Source: Candidatus Aphodoplasma sp.
GTDB taxonomy: Bacteria; Bacillota; Clostridia; UBA1381; UMGS1253
Direction of reading: 5' to 3'
Assembly (NCBI GenBank): GCA_045592745.1
Contig: JAZNVH010000010.1
Location: 92,783-156,782, forward strand
DNA: 64,000 nucleotides
Below are positions 1 through 7,803 of this stretch, in pieces. The translations under genes were made by a program, and so were the position numbers. The notes beneath the pieces were generated by a model, which was not told the DNA's origin, made no database searches, and saw only the letters and a list, made by a program, of their open reading frames with translations. Every line of letters begins with the position of its first letter. Within the stretch, counting starts at the first letter, position 1.

Positions 1-1289
1 TTTTCCTCTATTGCCTTAATGACAACTGCTTCAACGGCAGATGCGTCAAACTTTTTATCAAGACCTTGTTCTTTACAGTAAAGGGCAGGGTCAACGTCGT
101 TTTCAACTACTGCAATTAAGATTTTCTTGCCGGCATTACGGTTAACAGTGCCGTCATTTACCATTTTTATAATACTAAAGAGCTTTTCGGCACTGATTGT
201 TAATTCGTCTATCGTCTTGCCGTCTTTTCTCAAAACGCCAATACAGTCAGTCAAAATCCACGTTGCAGCATCTTTTGCCCCGCATCCCATATTAACAACA
301 TCATCAAGAAGCTTGCTTATCCTGTGGTTTGAAATAAGCATGTCAATTTCTTTTTCGGAAATGCCTGCCAAACGGTAATCCTCAACCTTTTCATCAAGAG
401 CGGCGGGTTTGTTTGCTTTGATTTTTTCAAGCCATTCGTCGTCTATGATTATCGGCATAAGGTTTGCGTCGGGGAAGTAGCGATAATCCGCTTCAGTTTC
501 CTTGTTACGCATAGCAAAGGTTTTTCCGCTGACATCATCAAAACGTCTTGTTTCCTGCACAAGCTCTTCTGTTTCAAATTCCAAAGCATCAATGTGGCGC
601 TGCGCTTCGTAGCGGATTGCACGCTCAATTGCTTCAAATGAGCTCATGTTCTTAATCTCTGTACGTACGCCAAATGTTTCGCTTCCTTCGGGGCGAACAG
701 AAATATTAACGTCGCAGCGCATTGCGCCTTCTTCACATTCTGAAATTCCGGCAGAGCGGAACATTGATTTTAATTTGTTTAAGTAGGTTACAACCTCTTC
801 TGCGCTTCTAAAATCGGGCTGAGTTACAATCTCGATTAGCGGAACGCTGGTACGGTTAAAGTCTACATAAGAATATTTGCCACCATGGACAAGTTTGCCT
901 GCATCCTCTTCCATATGAATCTGCTTAATGCGTATATCACGACTGCCTGCTGATGTTTTAAGTGTTACGCATCCGTTGGTGCAAATAGGATGATTAAGCT
1001 GTGTAATCTGATATGCACACGGAAGGTCAGGATAGTAGTAATTCTTTTTATCAAAGGTTGTGTATCTGTTTATTTCACAGTTAAGCATAAGACCTGCTGT
1101 AACAGCAAGCTCTACAACGCGCTTGTTCATTACAGGCAGCATTCCGGGCATACCGCTGCAGGCAGGGCATACGCAGTCATTAGGCTCGTTAGCGGAGCTG
1201 TGACCGCCACACGAACAGAATATTTTTGATTCGGTACTAAGCTCAACGTGAGTTTCAAGACCGATAACCAATTCGTAATTCATAATCAT
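1..1289 (-). CDS. gatB: Asp-tRNA(Asn)/Glu-tRNA(Gln) amidotransferase subunit B (partial, runs off left edge)
   Basis: Not in the ORF track; translated by hand from ATG at 1289, overlapping the gatA stop (ATGA). It reads MIMNYELVIGLETHVELSTESKIFCSC...CPAC...FDKKNYYYPDL...IHMEEDAG...PLIEIV...DYRYFP. The frame stays open to position 3 (429 codons). Confidence 0.96.
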   Translation of the reverse strand, partial: MIMNYELVIGLETHVELSTESKIFCSCGGHSSANEPNDCVCPACSGMPGMLPVMNKRVVELAVTAGLMLNCEINRYTTFDKKNYYYPDLPCAYQITQLNHPICTNGCVTLKTSAGSRDIRIKQIHMEEDAGKLVHGGKYSYVDFNRTSVPLIEIVTQPDFRSAEEVVTYLNKLKSMFRSAGISECEEGAMRCDVNISVRPEGSETFGVRTEIKNMSSFEAIERAIRYEAQRHIDALEFETEELVQETRRFDDVSGKTFAMRNKETEADYRYFPDANLMPIIIDDEWLEKIKANKPAALDEKVEDYRLAGISEKEIDMLISNHRISKLLDDVVNMGCGAKDAATWILTDCIGVLRKDGKTIDELTISAEKLFSIIKMVNDGTVNRNAGKKILIAVVENDVDPALYCKEQGLDKKFDASAVEAVVIKAIEE

Positions 1290-2464
1290 TCACCCTTCCT
1301 TTCGGCCGCGTCTGCAAAACCAAGAAGCAGAGGCTCGGAAAAATGCTTTCCAATAAGCTGGACACCACCACTAACCATTGCAGGCACGCCAATAAGGTTT
1401 GCCAAAGAGGTGAACACGCTCTCATCAAACACCTTGCCAAAGGCTTCGTGAATATCGTACGCTTCATAAGCTGTTTTACTCATAGCAGGAGTCAAAATAG
1501 CATCGTAATTTTTCATAAGCTCTTCAAATTTTTCTGCTATTACACGGCGTACTTTTAATGATTTATTATAGCATTCTTCGTAACGGTTTTTGGAAAGAAC
1601 ATCAGAGCCATACAAAATCACTGATTTTGTCAAAAAGTTAAAGCCTTCTGTTCTTGAATTTACATATAACTCGTCAATGTCTTTGTATTCTTTGGCGCGA
1701 TGACCAAATTTAACACCGTCATAACGGGAAATATTATTGCACGTTTCTGCTGTCATAAGAATCTGCCATGCCACGTTAACAGCATCAAAAATATCAAATG
1801 AGATTTCTTCTACAACAACACCATTCTCGCGTAGTGCGCCAGCAAAAGCGTTTATGCGTTCTTTTGTCTGCTCATCTGCTTTTTCGACGAGCTCTTTTAC
1901 AATGGCGACCTTTTTGCCCGAAACATTTTCCAAGCTATAGTCATAGCTTTCGTTTCTGAGGCTCGTTCCGTCTTTTTCGTCGTGTCCTGCAATAATCTGC
2001 ATAATCTCTTTAACACCTGATGCATTTTTCGCATATACACCGACTTGCTCACCCGAAGCAGCACACGAAATTACACCATAGCGTGAAACCGTGCCATAGG
2101 TGGGTTTTAAAAAGTCGATGCCAGATAATGCGGCGCTGCGTCTTGTAGCGCCATTCATATCTACGCCAAGAGCGGCTTTTACATCGCCATCTGCAACCGC
2201 CTGTGCGGCTGCGCCTTTTAATGAGCCTTCCTGATTTTCGTAGTATGAAAATTCACCAACAAGGTCAAGACCAAACTCGCCAACATGTGTCTTTCCGGCA
2301 ACTTTATATCCTTTGCTTTCAAGACGTGTTACTGCCTCTGCGCTAAAAAGCGGCTTGAAGCCTTCAAGTATTTTAGAGCCTGCACAGCTTTGAGCGTCTT
2401 TTACTAAAATTGTATCATCAACTGCGATGTTACCATCGCCTAATTTCGTTTTATAATAATTCAT
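1286..2464 (-). CDS. gatA: GatA-like amidase-signature protein, truncated and lacking the catalytic triad
   Basis: Amidase-signature scaffold (LKPTYGTVSRYG, NISRYDGVKFGHR, SLANLIGVPA) between aspS::gatC and gatB. Likely start is ATG 2464 behind GAGGTG (track start GTG 2473). About 392 aa versus about 480 for typical GatA. Confidence 0.9.
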   Translation of the reverse strand: MNYYKTKLGDGNIAVDDTILVKDAQSCAGSKILEGFKPLFSAEAVTRLESKGYKVAGKTHVGEFGLDLVGEFSYYENQEGSLKGAAAQAVADGDVKAALGVDMNGATRRSAALSGIDFLKPTYGTVSRYGVISCAASGEQVGVYAKNASGVKEIMQIIAGHDEKDGTSLRNESYDYSLENVSGKKVAIVKELVEKADEQTKERINAFAGALRENGVVVEEISFDIFDAVNVAWQILMTAETCNNISRYDGVKFGHRAKEYKDIDELYVNSRTEGFNFLTKSVILYGSDVLSKNRYEECYNKSLKVRRVIAEKFEELMKNYDAILTPAMSKTAYEAYDIHEAFGKVFDESVFTSLANLIGVPAMVSGGVQLIGKHFSEPLLLGFADAAERKGE

Positions 2465-2474
2465 CCTGCACACC

Positions 2475-4553
2475 TCACTTTACAAGTCTTGGCACCTGCC
2501 AGCTGTCTTCACTGCGCTCGGGAGCACCTTCTAAGAGGCTCTCACGCGTGAACGGCTGATGGCGGACATCTTCGCGCAGTACATTTGTCATAGGCATAAC
2601 ATGTACCATGGGTTCAACATTTTCTGTATCTATCGTAGAAAGAATTTTTTCTTTTTCGCTCATAGCGGCAAAAATTTTCTGAACCTTATTTTCTTCTTCG
2701 CCTGAAAGGGCGATCTGGTTTAGCTGCTGTGCATTAGAAAATGTCGAGCGCTTGCTCATAGATGATTTACCTGTGTTTGATGGGCCTGATGCACGCTGCG
2801 CGAGTGCGTTTGTATTTCCCAAAAGGTGAACATCTTCAAGCTGTTGATTTGATACAAAGCTTGGCGCACCTAAAAGAAGGTCCTGAGCGTTGCCGTTTAG
2901 AGGGAATGCAATAACGTCTAAAATCTTTTCTTCATCGGTTAACAGCATTACCATTCTGTCGATACCGGGCGCCATACCTGCATGAGGCGGAGCACCGTAT
3001 TGGAATGCTGTATAAAGAGCATTAAAACGCTTTTTAAGCTCTTCCTCTGGATAACCTGCAATTTCAAATGCTTTTTTCATGATGTCTATATCATGGTTAC
3101 GAACAGCGCCCGATGCAAGCTCTATGCCGTTACCAACAAGGTCATACTGATATGCCAGAATTTCGGTAGGGTCTTTTGTAAGAAGAGCATCCATACCGCC
3201 CTGGGGCATAGAAAATGGGTTGTGTGTAAAGATTATTTCGCCTGTATCCTCGTCTTCTTCGTACATCGGGAAGTCTACAACGAAGCAGAACTCGAATGCA
3301 TCTTCGTTAATCAAATCAAGCTGTTCTTTTTTAGCAAGCCATGTGCGTATAAGTCCTGCTTTTTTCTCGGTATCATTCTTTTTATCATCACAGATAAAGA
3401 ACAGTGTTTCGCCTTCTTTTACACCTGTTAATTCAATTATTTCTTCTTTTTGTGCGTCACTTAAGAACTTGGCGATAGGACCTGCAAATATGCCATCTTT
3501 TAAAGTGATATATCCAAGACCGCCAAGACCAACCTCAAGAGATGTTGCATATTTTAAAGAATCCTCAAAGAATTTTTTTGATTTGCCCTGACAGTTTGCC
3601 ACGATTCCGCGCACGGGCTTACCCTTAAAAGCGGGGAAGTCAACGCCAGAAAAGAAATCTGTCAAATCACAGATGATAAGTGGATTTCGAAGGTCAGGCT
3701 TATCAGAGCCGTAATACATCATCGCATCGGCATATGTTATGCGGCGAAACGGCTTTGGTGTAACCTTTTTATCGGAAAATGTTTTAAATGTATCATAGAT
3801 TAAATCTTCGCAAACATCCAAAACTTCTTCTTGCGTAGCAAACGCCATTTCAAAGTCGAGCTGATAAAACTCACCGGGAGAACGATCAGCGCGGGCATCT
3901 TCGTCACGGAAGCACGGAGCAACCTGAAAATATCTGTCAAAGCCCGACACCATCAAAAGCTGTTTAAACTGCTGCGGTGCCTGCGGAAGTGCGTAAAATT
4001 TGCCCGGATGCTTACGGCTTGGTACCAAAAAGTCTCTGGCGCCTTCCGGAGAAGAAGCAGTCAAAATCGGAGTCTGCATATCCAAAAAGCCTTTTTCCTC
4101 CATTTTGTTTCTCAAATGGCGGATAATCTTTGAGCGTTTTACCAAATTATCATGGTTTTTTGGATTACGCAAATCAAGATAGCGGTATTTTAAACGAAGC
4201 TCATCCTTGCTCAGTCTTGAAGTGCGCACATCAAAAGGCAGATTATTAAGACTTTTGCCTAAAATTTCAAGAGTGTCTGCTACAAGTTCTACATTACCTG
4301 TATCAAGCTTGTAGTTTACGGTTTCTTCGTCACGCTTGCTTACGATACCTGTAACAGAAATAACTGTTTCGCGGTTTACATCCTTTACAAGCTTGTCATC
4401 ATGGATGACCACCTGTGTTACGCCTGTGTAATCACGAAGGTCGATAAAAATAACACCACCGTGGTCACGCACAACGTCAACCCAACCGGCAAGTGAAACA
4501 GTTTTGCCGATGTGCTCATCACGTATGTCATTACAATATAGGGTTCTATACAT
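2475..4553 (-). CDS. aspS: Aspartyl-tRNA synthetase (non-discriminating type) fused to a C-terminal GatC-like domain
   Basis: AspRS motifs RDHGGVIFIDLRD, LPQAPQQFKQLLM, CFRDEDARADR.PGEFYQLD, GAPPHAGMAPGIDR. After about residue 585 comes a Ser/Gly/Asn linker, then a GatC-like tail (IDTENVEPMVHV..TNVLREDV...LLEGAPERSEDSWQVPRLVK). Confidence 0.95.
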   Translation of the reverse strand: MYRTLYCNDIRDEHIGKTVSLAGWVDVVRDHGGVIFIDLRDYTGVTQVVIHDDKLVKDVNRETVISVTGIVSKRDEETVNYKLDTGNVELVADTLEILGKSLNNLPFDVRTSRLSKDELRLKYRYLDLRNPKNHDNLVKRSKIIRHLRNKMEEKGFLDMQTPILTASSPEGARDFLVPSRKHPGKFYALPQAPQQFKQLLMVSGFDRYFQVAPCFRDEDARADRSPGEFYQLDFEMAFATQEEVLDVCEDLIYDTFKTFSDKKVTPKPFRRITYADAMMYYGSDKPDLRNPLIICDLTDFFSGVDFPAFKGKPVRGIVANCQGKSKKFFEDSLKYATSLEVGLGGLGYITLKDGIFAGPIAKFLSDAQKEEIIELTGVKEGETLFFICDDKKNDTEKKAGLIRTWLAKKEQLDLINEDAFEFCFVVDFPMYEEDEDTGEIIFTHNPFSMPQGGMDALLTKDPTEILAYQYDLVGNGIELASGAVRNHDIDIMKKAFEIAGYPEEELKKRFNALYTAFQYGAPPHAGMAPGIDRMVMLLTDEEKILDVIAFPLNGNAQDLLLGAPSFVSNQQLEDVHLLGNTNALAQRASGPSNTGKSSMSKRSTFSNAQQLNQIALSGEEENKVQKIFAAMSEKEKILSTIDTENVEPMVHVMPMTNVLREDVRHQPFTRESLLEGAPERSEDSWQVPRLVK

Positions 4554-4584
4554 GATATATTCCTCCTGTAATAGTGTGCTAAAA

Positions 4585-4799
4585 AATAAAAGTCCCGAAA
4601 ATATACAAAAGTATATTTTCGGGACGAGTAAACTAACATTTAACCCGCGGTGCCACCCGCATTGATGCTAAAAGCATCCGCTTTTTATATGAAGCTGTAA
4701 ATAAACGGAGTGTTCCCAAACTTACTACTCATCTCAAATGCGCTTTCAGTCCATGACGCATTCTCCCTTTCAGACTTTCCACAAAAGCCGAGTCTCCGT
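4585..4799 (-). promoter_or_regulatory. T-box riboswitch upstream of aspS::gatC-gatA-gatB, probable Asn (AAC) specifier
   Basis: On the - strand: T-box GCGGGTGGCACCGCG (4660-4646), stem III GATGCT/AGCATC, and terminator GTCCCGAAAATATAC-TTTT-GTATATTTTCGGGAC plus a U-tract. Apical AGGGAG/ACTGAAAG elements and basal stem ACGGAG/CTCCGT are present, with AAC-A at 4714-4711. The UGGC bulge implies a G73 tRNA (Asn/Asp compatible). Confidence 0.88.
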
Positions 4800-4804
4800 A
4801 AGTT

Positions 4805-4833
4805 ATTATAGCAAAAAATGTTTTTATTGTCAA
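4805..4833 (-). promoter_or_regulatory. SigA-type promoter for the T-box/aspS operon
   Basis: Perfect TTGACA-17 nt-TATAAT on the - strand just upstream of the T-box leader. Confidence 0.85.
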
Positions 4834-4900
4834 CATTATTTTGCCTGATTTTTTTGATATTATTAAAGTTGTTTTATTGGGACATTTTTGTATTTTAACC

Positions 4901-4929
4901 TTGATTAGTTGCGTGTTTTGTGATAAAAT
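4901..4929 (+). promoter_or_regulatory. SigA-type promoter for the PHP/AEC genes
   Basis: TTGATT-17 nt-TAAAAT. Confidence 0.5.
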
Positions 4930-4981
4930 TTCTTCTGTATATAATGAAAAAATGCTTGTTGTCTGAAAAGAGGTTTTTTAT

Positions 4982-5071
4982 ATGAGCGAAATATCTAATA
5001 AGGATTATGCTTCGGCGGGCAAGCTGTGGAATGAAGAGAGTAAAATGGCAGTATGGATGCTGATAAAATAA
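4982..5071 (+). CDS. Possible 29-aa small ORF
   Basis: MSEISNKDYASAGKLWNEESKMAVWMLIK with GAGG about 10 nt upstream and downstream of a promoter; no family recognised. Confidence 0.3.
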   Translation: MSEISNKDYASAGKLWNEESKMAVWMLIK

Positions 5072-5117
5072 AAATTTTTTAAATATTTAATTGTAATCGA
5101 CGGGAGAGGTGCAGAGT

Positions 5118-5783
5118 ATGTATAAACTTGAAACACATTGTCATACAGGTGAGGTAAGCGTTTGCGGTAAGGTTAGCGCAAACGATATTGTAGAGGCATA
5201 TATAAAGGCGGGGTACAGCGGTATAGTTATAACCGACCATTTTAACAGAAGGACATTTCTTGAAAAGCCTGAGCTTAAGACGAGCGAAATTGCAGACTAT
5301 TTTCTTACGGGCTACAGAGCAGCGCGCGAAGCGGCAAATGGCAGAATAGATGTGTTTTTGGGTATGGAGCTTACATTTTATGAAAATGATAATGACTATT
5401 TGGTATACGGTATGACAGAAAAGTTTATAAAGAAAAACCCTAACCTTATGGATATGGGTATTGAGCGTTTTTCAAAGCTTGCGCATGATAATAAAATGAT
5501 AATTTTTCAGGCTCATCCGTTCAGGAATCACATGTGCGTCATAAATCCGTCATTACTCGATGGGTATGAGGTGTTTAATGCGAATGCACGCCATGATTCA
5601 AGAAATGATATTGCACAGATGTGGGCAGAAAAATTTGGCAAGTCAATGAGCAGCGGTTCGGATTATCATCGTCTGGAAGATGTAGCAAGAGGCGGCATTA
5701 TAACGAGCAAAAAAATAACGAACAACACTATGCTCAAGGATGCACTTTTAGGAAACGATAAGGACCTTATAAAAATTATTTGA
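5118..5783 (+). CDS. PHP-domain metal-dependent phosphoesterase
   Basis: ETHCHT, ITDH, QAHPFR and SGSDYH PHP motifs. ATG 5118 follows GGGAGAGG. Confidence 0.85.
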   Translation: MYKLETHCHTGEVSVCGKVSANDIVEAYIKAGYSGIVITDHFNRRTFLEKPELKTSEIADYFLTGYRAAREAANGRIDVFLGMELTFYENDNDYLVYGMTEKFIKKNPNLMDMGIERFSKLAHDNKMIIFQAHPFRNHMCVINPSLLDGYEVFNANARHDSRNDIAQMWAEKFGKSMSSGSDYHRLEDVARGGIITSKKITNNTMLKDALLGNDKDLIKII

Positions 5784-5797
5784 CAGGGGAAATATAT

Positions 5798-6730
5798 ATG
5801 GATTTGGCAATAGTTGTTGCCGTGCAGGTGTGCATAATGTTTATTCTCATTATGCTCGGCTTTATAATAAAAAGAATGGGCTTAGTGACAAAAGAAGGCT
5901 CAAAACAGCTTACTAATATTCTTCTTTTTCTTGTTACGCCGTGCGTTCTTATAAAGGCGTATCAGGTCGAGTTTAAAACTGAGCTTGTATTCAATCTTTT
6001 GATAGCTTTTGCAGCGGCGATAGCGATAAATATATTGTCTCTTTTGGTGGCGAAACTGTTTTTTGGCAAAAAAGAGAATGAACATTCTGTTATTAATGAG
6101 TACTGTTGTGCATACTCAAATTGCGGCTTTATGGGAATACCGCTTTTGGAGGCTGTGCTTGGCTCAGTGGGGGTATTTTATGGCTCGACATATCTTGCAA
6201 TATTTAATATATTATACTGGACTCACGGAGTATACATATACAGCGGTGATAAAAAAAGCCTTTCGCTAAAAAAAATAATAATTAATCCCGGTGTTTTGGG
6301 GGTCGTGGCAGGACTTTTTCTGTTCTTTACAAGAATAGAATTGCCAAATATAGTTATGACGGCTGTGGGTTATATGGCAGGGCTTAACACACCTGTGGCT
6401 ATGCTTTTGCTTGGAATATTTTTGGCGGATGTAGATTTAAAAAAGGCGATAAAAAATTCAAAACTTTATTCTGTATCGTTTGTACGCCTTGTTTTAATTC
6501 CTGCATTGGCTGTGATTATATTAAAGCTTGCACACATACCAAACGAGGTTGCTGTTGCTGTTGTAATACCTGTGGCTTGTCCGTGCGCTACAGCATCGGC
6601 TCTTTTTGCAGCAAAGTATGATCTTGATGCCGGATACGCATCCGAGATAGTATCGCTAAATACTCTTATGTCTATAGCGACTTTGCCGTTGATGGTGGCA
6701 TTTAACTCGTTTGTAGAGATGATTTTTTGA
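5798..6730 (+). CDS. AEC (auxin efflux carrier/malate permease) family transporter
   Basis: About 10 hydrophobic segments, SNCGFMGIP and PCATASALFA motifs. ATG 5798 follows GGGGA. Confidence 0.88.
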   Translation: MDLAIVVAVQVCIMFILIMLGFIIKRMGLVTKEGSKQLTNILLFLVTPCVLIKAYQVEFKTELVFNLLIAFAAAIAINILSLLVAKLFFGKKENEHSVINEYCCAYSNCGFMGIPLLEAVLGSVGVFYGSTYLAIFNILYWTHGVYIYSGDKKSLSLKKIIINPGVLGVVAGLFLFFTRIELPNIVMTAVGYMAGLNTPVAMLLLGIFLADVDLKKAIKNSKLYSVSFVRLVLIPALAVIILKLAHIPNEVAVAVVIPVACPCATASALFAAKYDLDAGYASEIVSLNTLMSIATLPLMVAFNSFVEMIF

Positions 6731-6787
6731 TGTTGATTTGATATAAGTTAAAATCATGTTGAAAAATGTTGAAAGGGGAGTATAATA

Positions 6788-7690
6788 ATGAGAAATAAAT
6801 CAGCTATAATTTTTATATTGTTTTTAACGATTTTTATATTTAACGGATGTAGTTCTGCATTAGAAAAGAATGATGTTAGGAAAACAGATGTTGTTAATAA
6901 ACTGTTTGAGTTAAAGGATACATATATAGGGGATGCATCAAAAGTACGCACAATTATAGATTTAGCTAATAACACTGAATATAAGGTTGAAAATATTGAG
7001 TTAAAGACGGATGCAAAGCCTTTTCAGATTACTGTTAATTTTGCAGTAGATAATCGTGCTAATCATAGATACATAGATAATAATGGGTTAAATAGAATGT
7101 CGGGCTTGATTTTTGCTTTAGTAAAAAATGTGGATGAAATATCATATTATTTTTATGATGACTTTGCAGATAGAGACAATCCAGAGAATGCTTTTTCAGG
7201 AACTTATTATACAAAGGAAAATCTGTGTGAAAGAATATCGTCAGATAAAATAACTACTGATTACATTCAAAAATCAACTGATACAATTCAAATATTTGAA
7301 GAATATTATAAAACGATTGTGGCTACCGAGGTTGTAGAGCATGATAGAAGTTTTTTAAATAAAGTCTATGAATTTATTGGTGATGATTGTGAAATTGTGG
7401 TAAATAGCAGTATTGGCGCAGAAATAGAACTAGATAATTATAATGAATCTGATTTTGCTGTAATTAGTGAACAACTTCCAAATGATATTGGGAAATATCA
7501 GGGAGCAGGAATAAAGGCTCACCTTATGTTAAGTGATATTAGAAACTTTAAATCAGGGGAAATTAATCAATGTGTGTTTTTGTATTATGTACATTCAGAT
7601 GTAGGTGTTGTTATGATTGAATCAGATTTTGTTGAACGTGAGAGATATAACAAAATACTGAGATTAATCATGAAAGCTCAAGGCGAATAA
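6788..7690 (+). CDS. AT-rich lipoprotein, DUF4825-like
   Basis: Signal peptide with lipobox-like FNG-C. The KLFELKDTYIGDASKV segment resembles DUF4825 lipoproteins. Visibly more AT-rich than its neighbours. Confidence 0.6.
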   Translation: MRNKSAIIFILFLTIFIFNGCSSALEKNDVRKTDVVNKLFELKDTYIGDASKVRTIIDLANNTEYKVENIELKTDAKPFQITVNFAVDNRANHRYIDNNGLNRMSGLIFALVKNVDEISYYFYDDFADRDNPENAFSGTYYTKENLCERISSDKITTDYIQKSTDTIQIFEEYYKTIVATEVVEHDRSFLNKVYEFIGDDCEIVVNSSIGAEIELDNYNESDFAVISEQLPNDIGKYQGAGIKAHLMLSDIRNFKSGEINQCVFLYYVHSDVGVVMIESDFVERERYNKILRLIMKAQGE

Positions 7691-7803
7691 TTAATTTAAA
7701 CATAAAGTATGCTTTAAGGTCATGTCAAGTCTATAAAAATTAAACATTAGTTTGCCGATTTTGATATTTACATATATAAAACAAAAAATAAAGGTGGTGC
7801 AGC

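Noticed and set aside
1286-2473. gatA as a decaying pseudogene
   Set aside because: The frame is intact, it has an RBS and translational coupling to gatB, and non-catalytic motifs are conserved. Losses are concentrated on catalytic residues, which fits a pseudoenzyme better than random decay.
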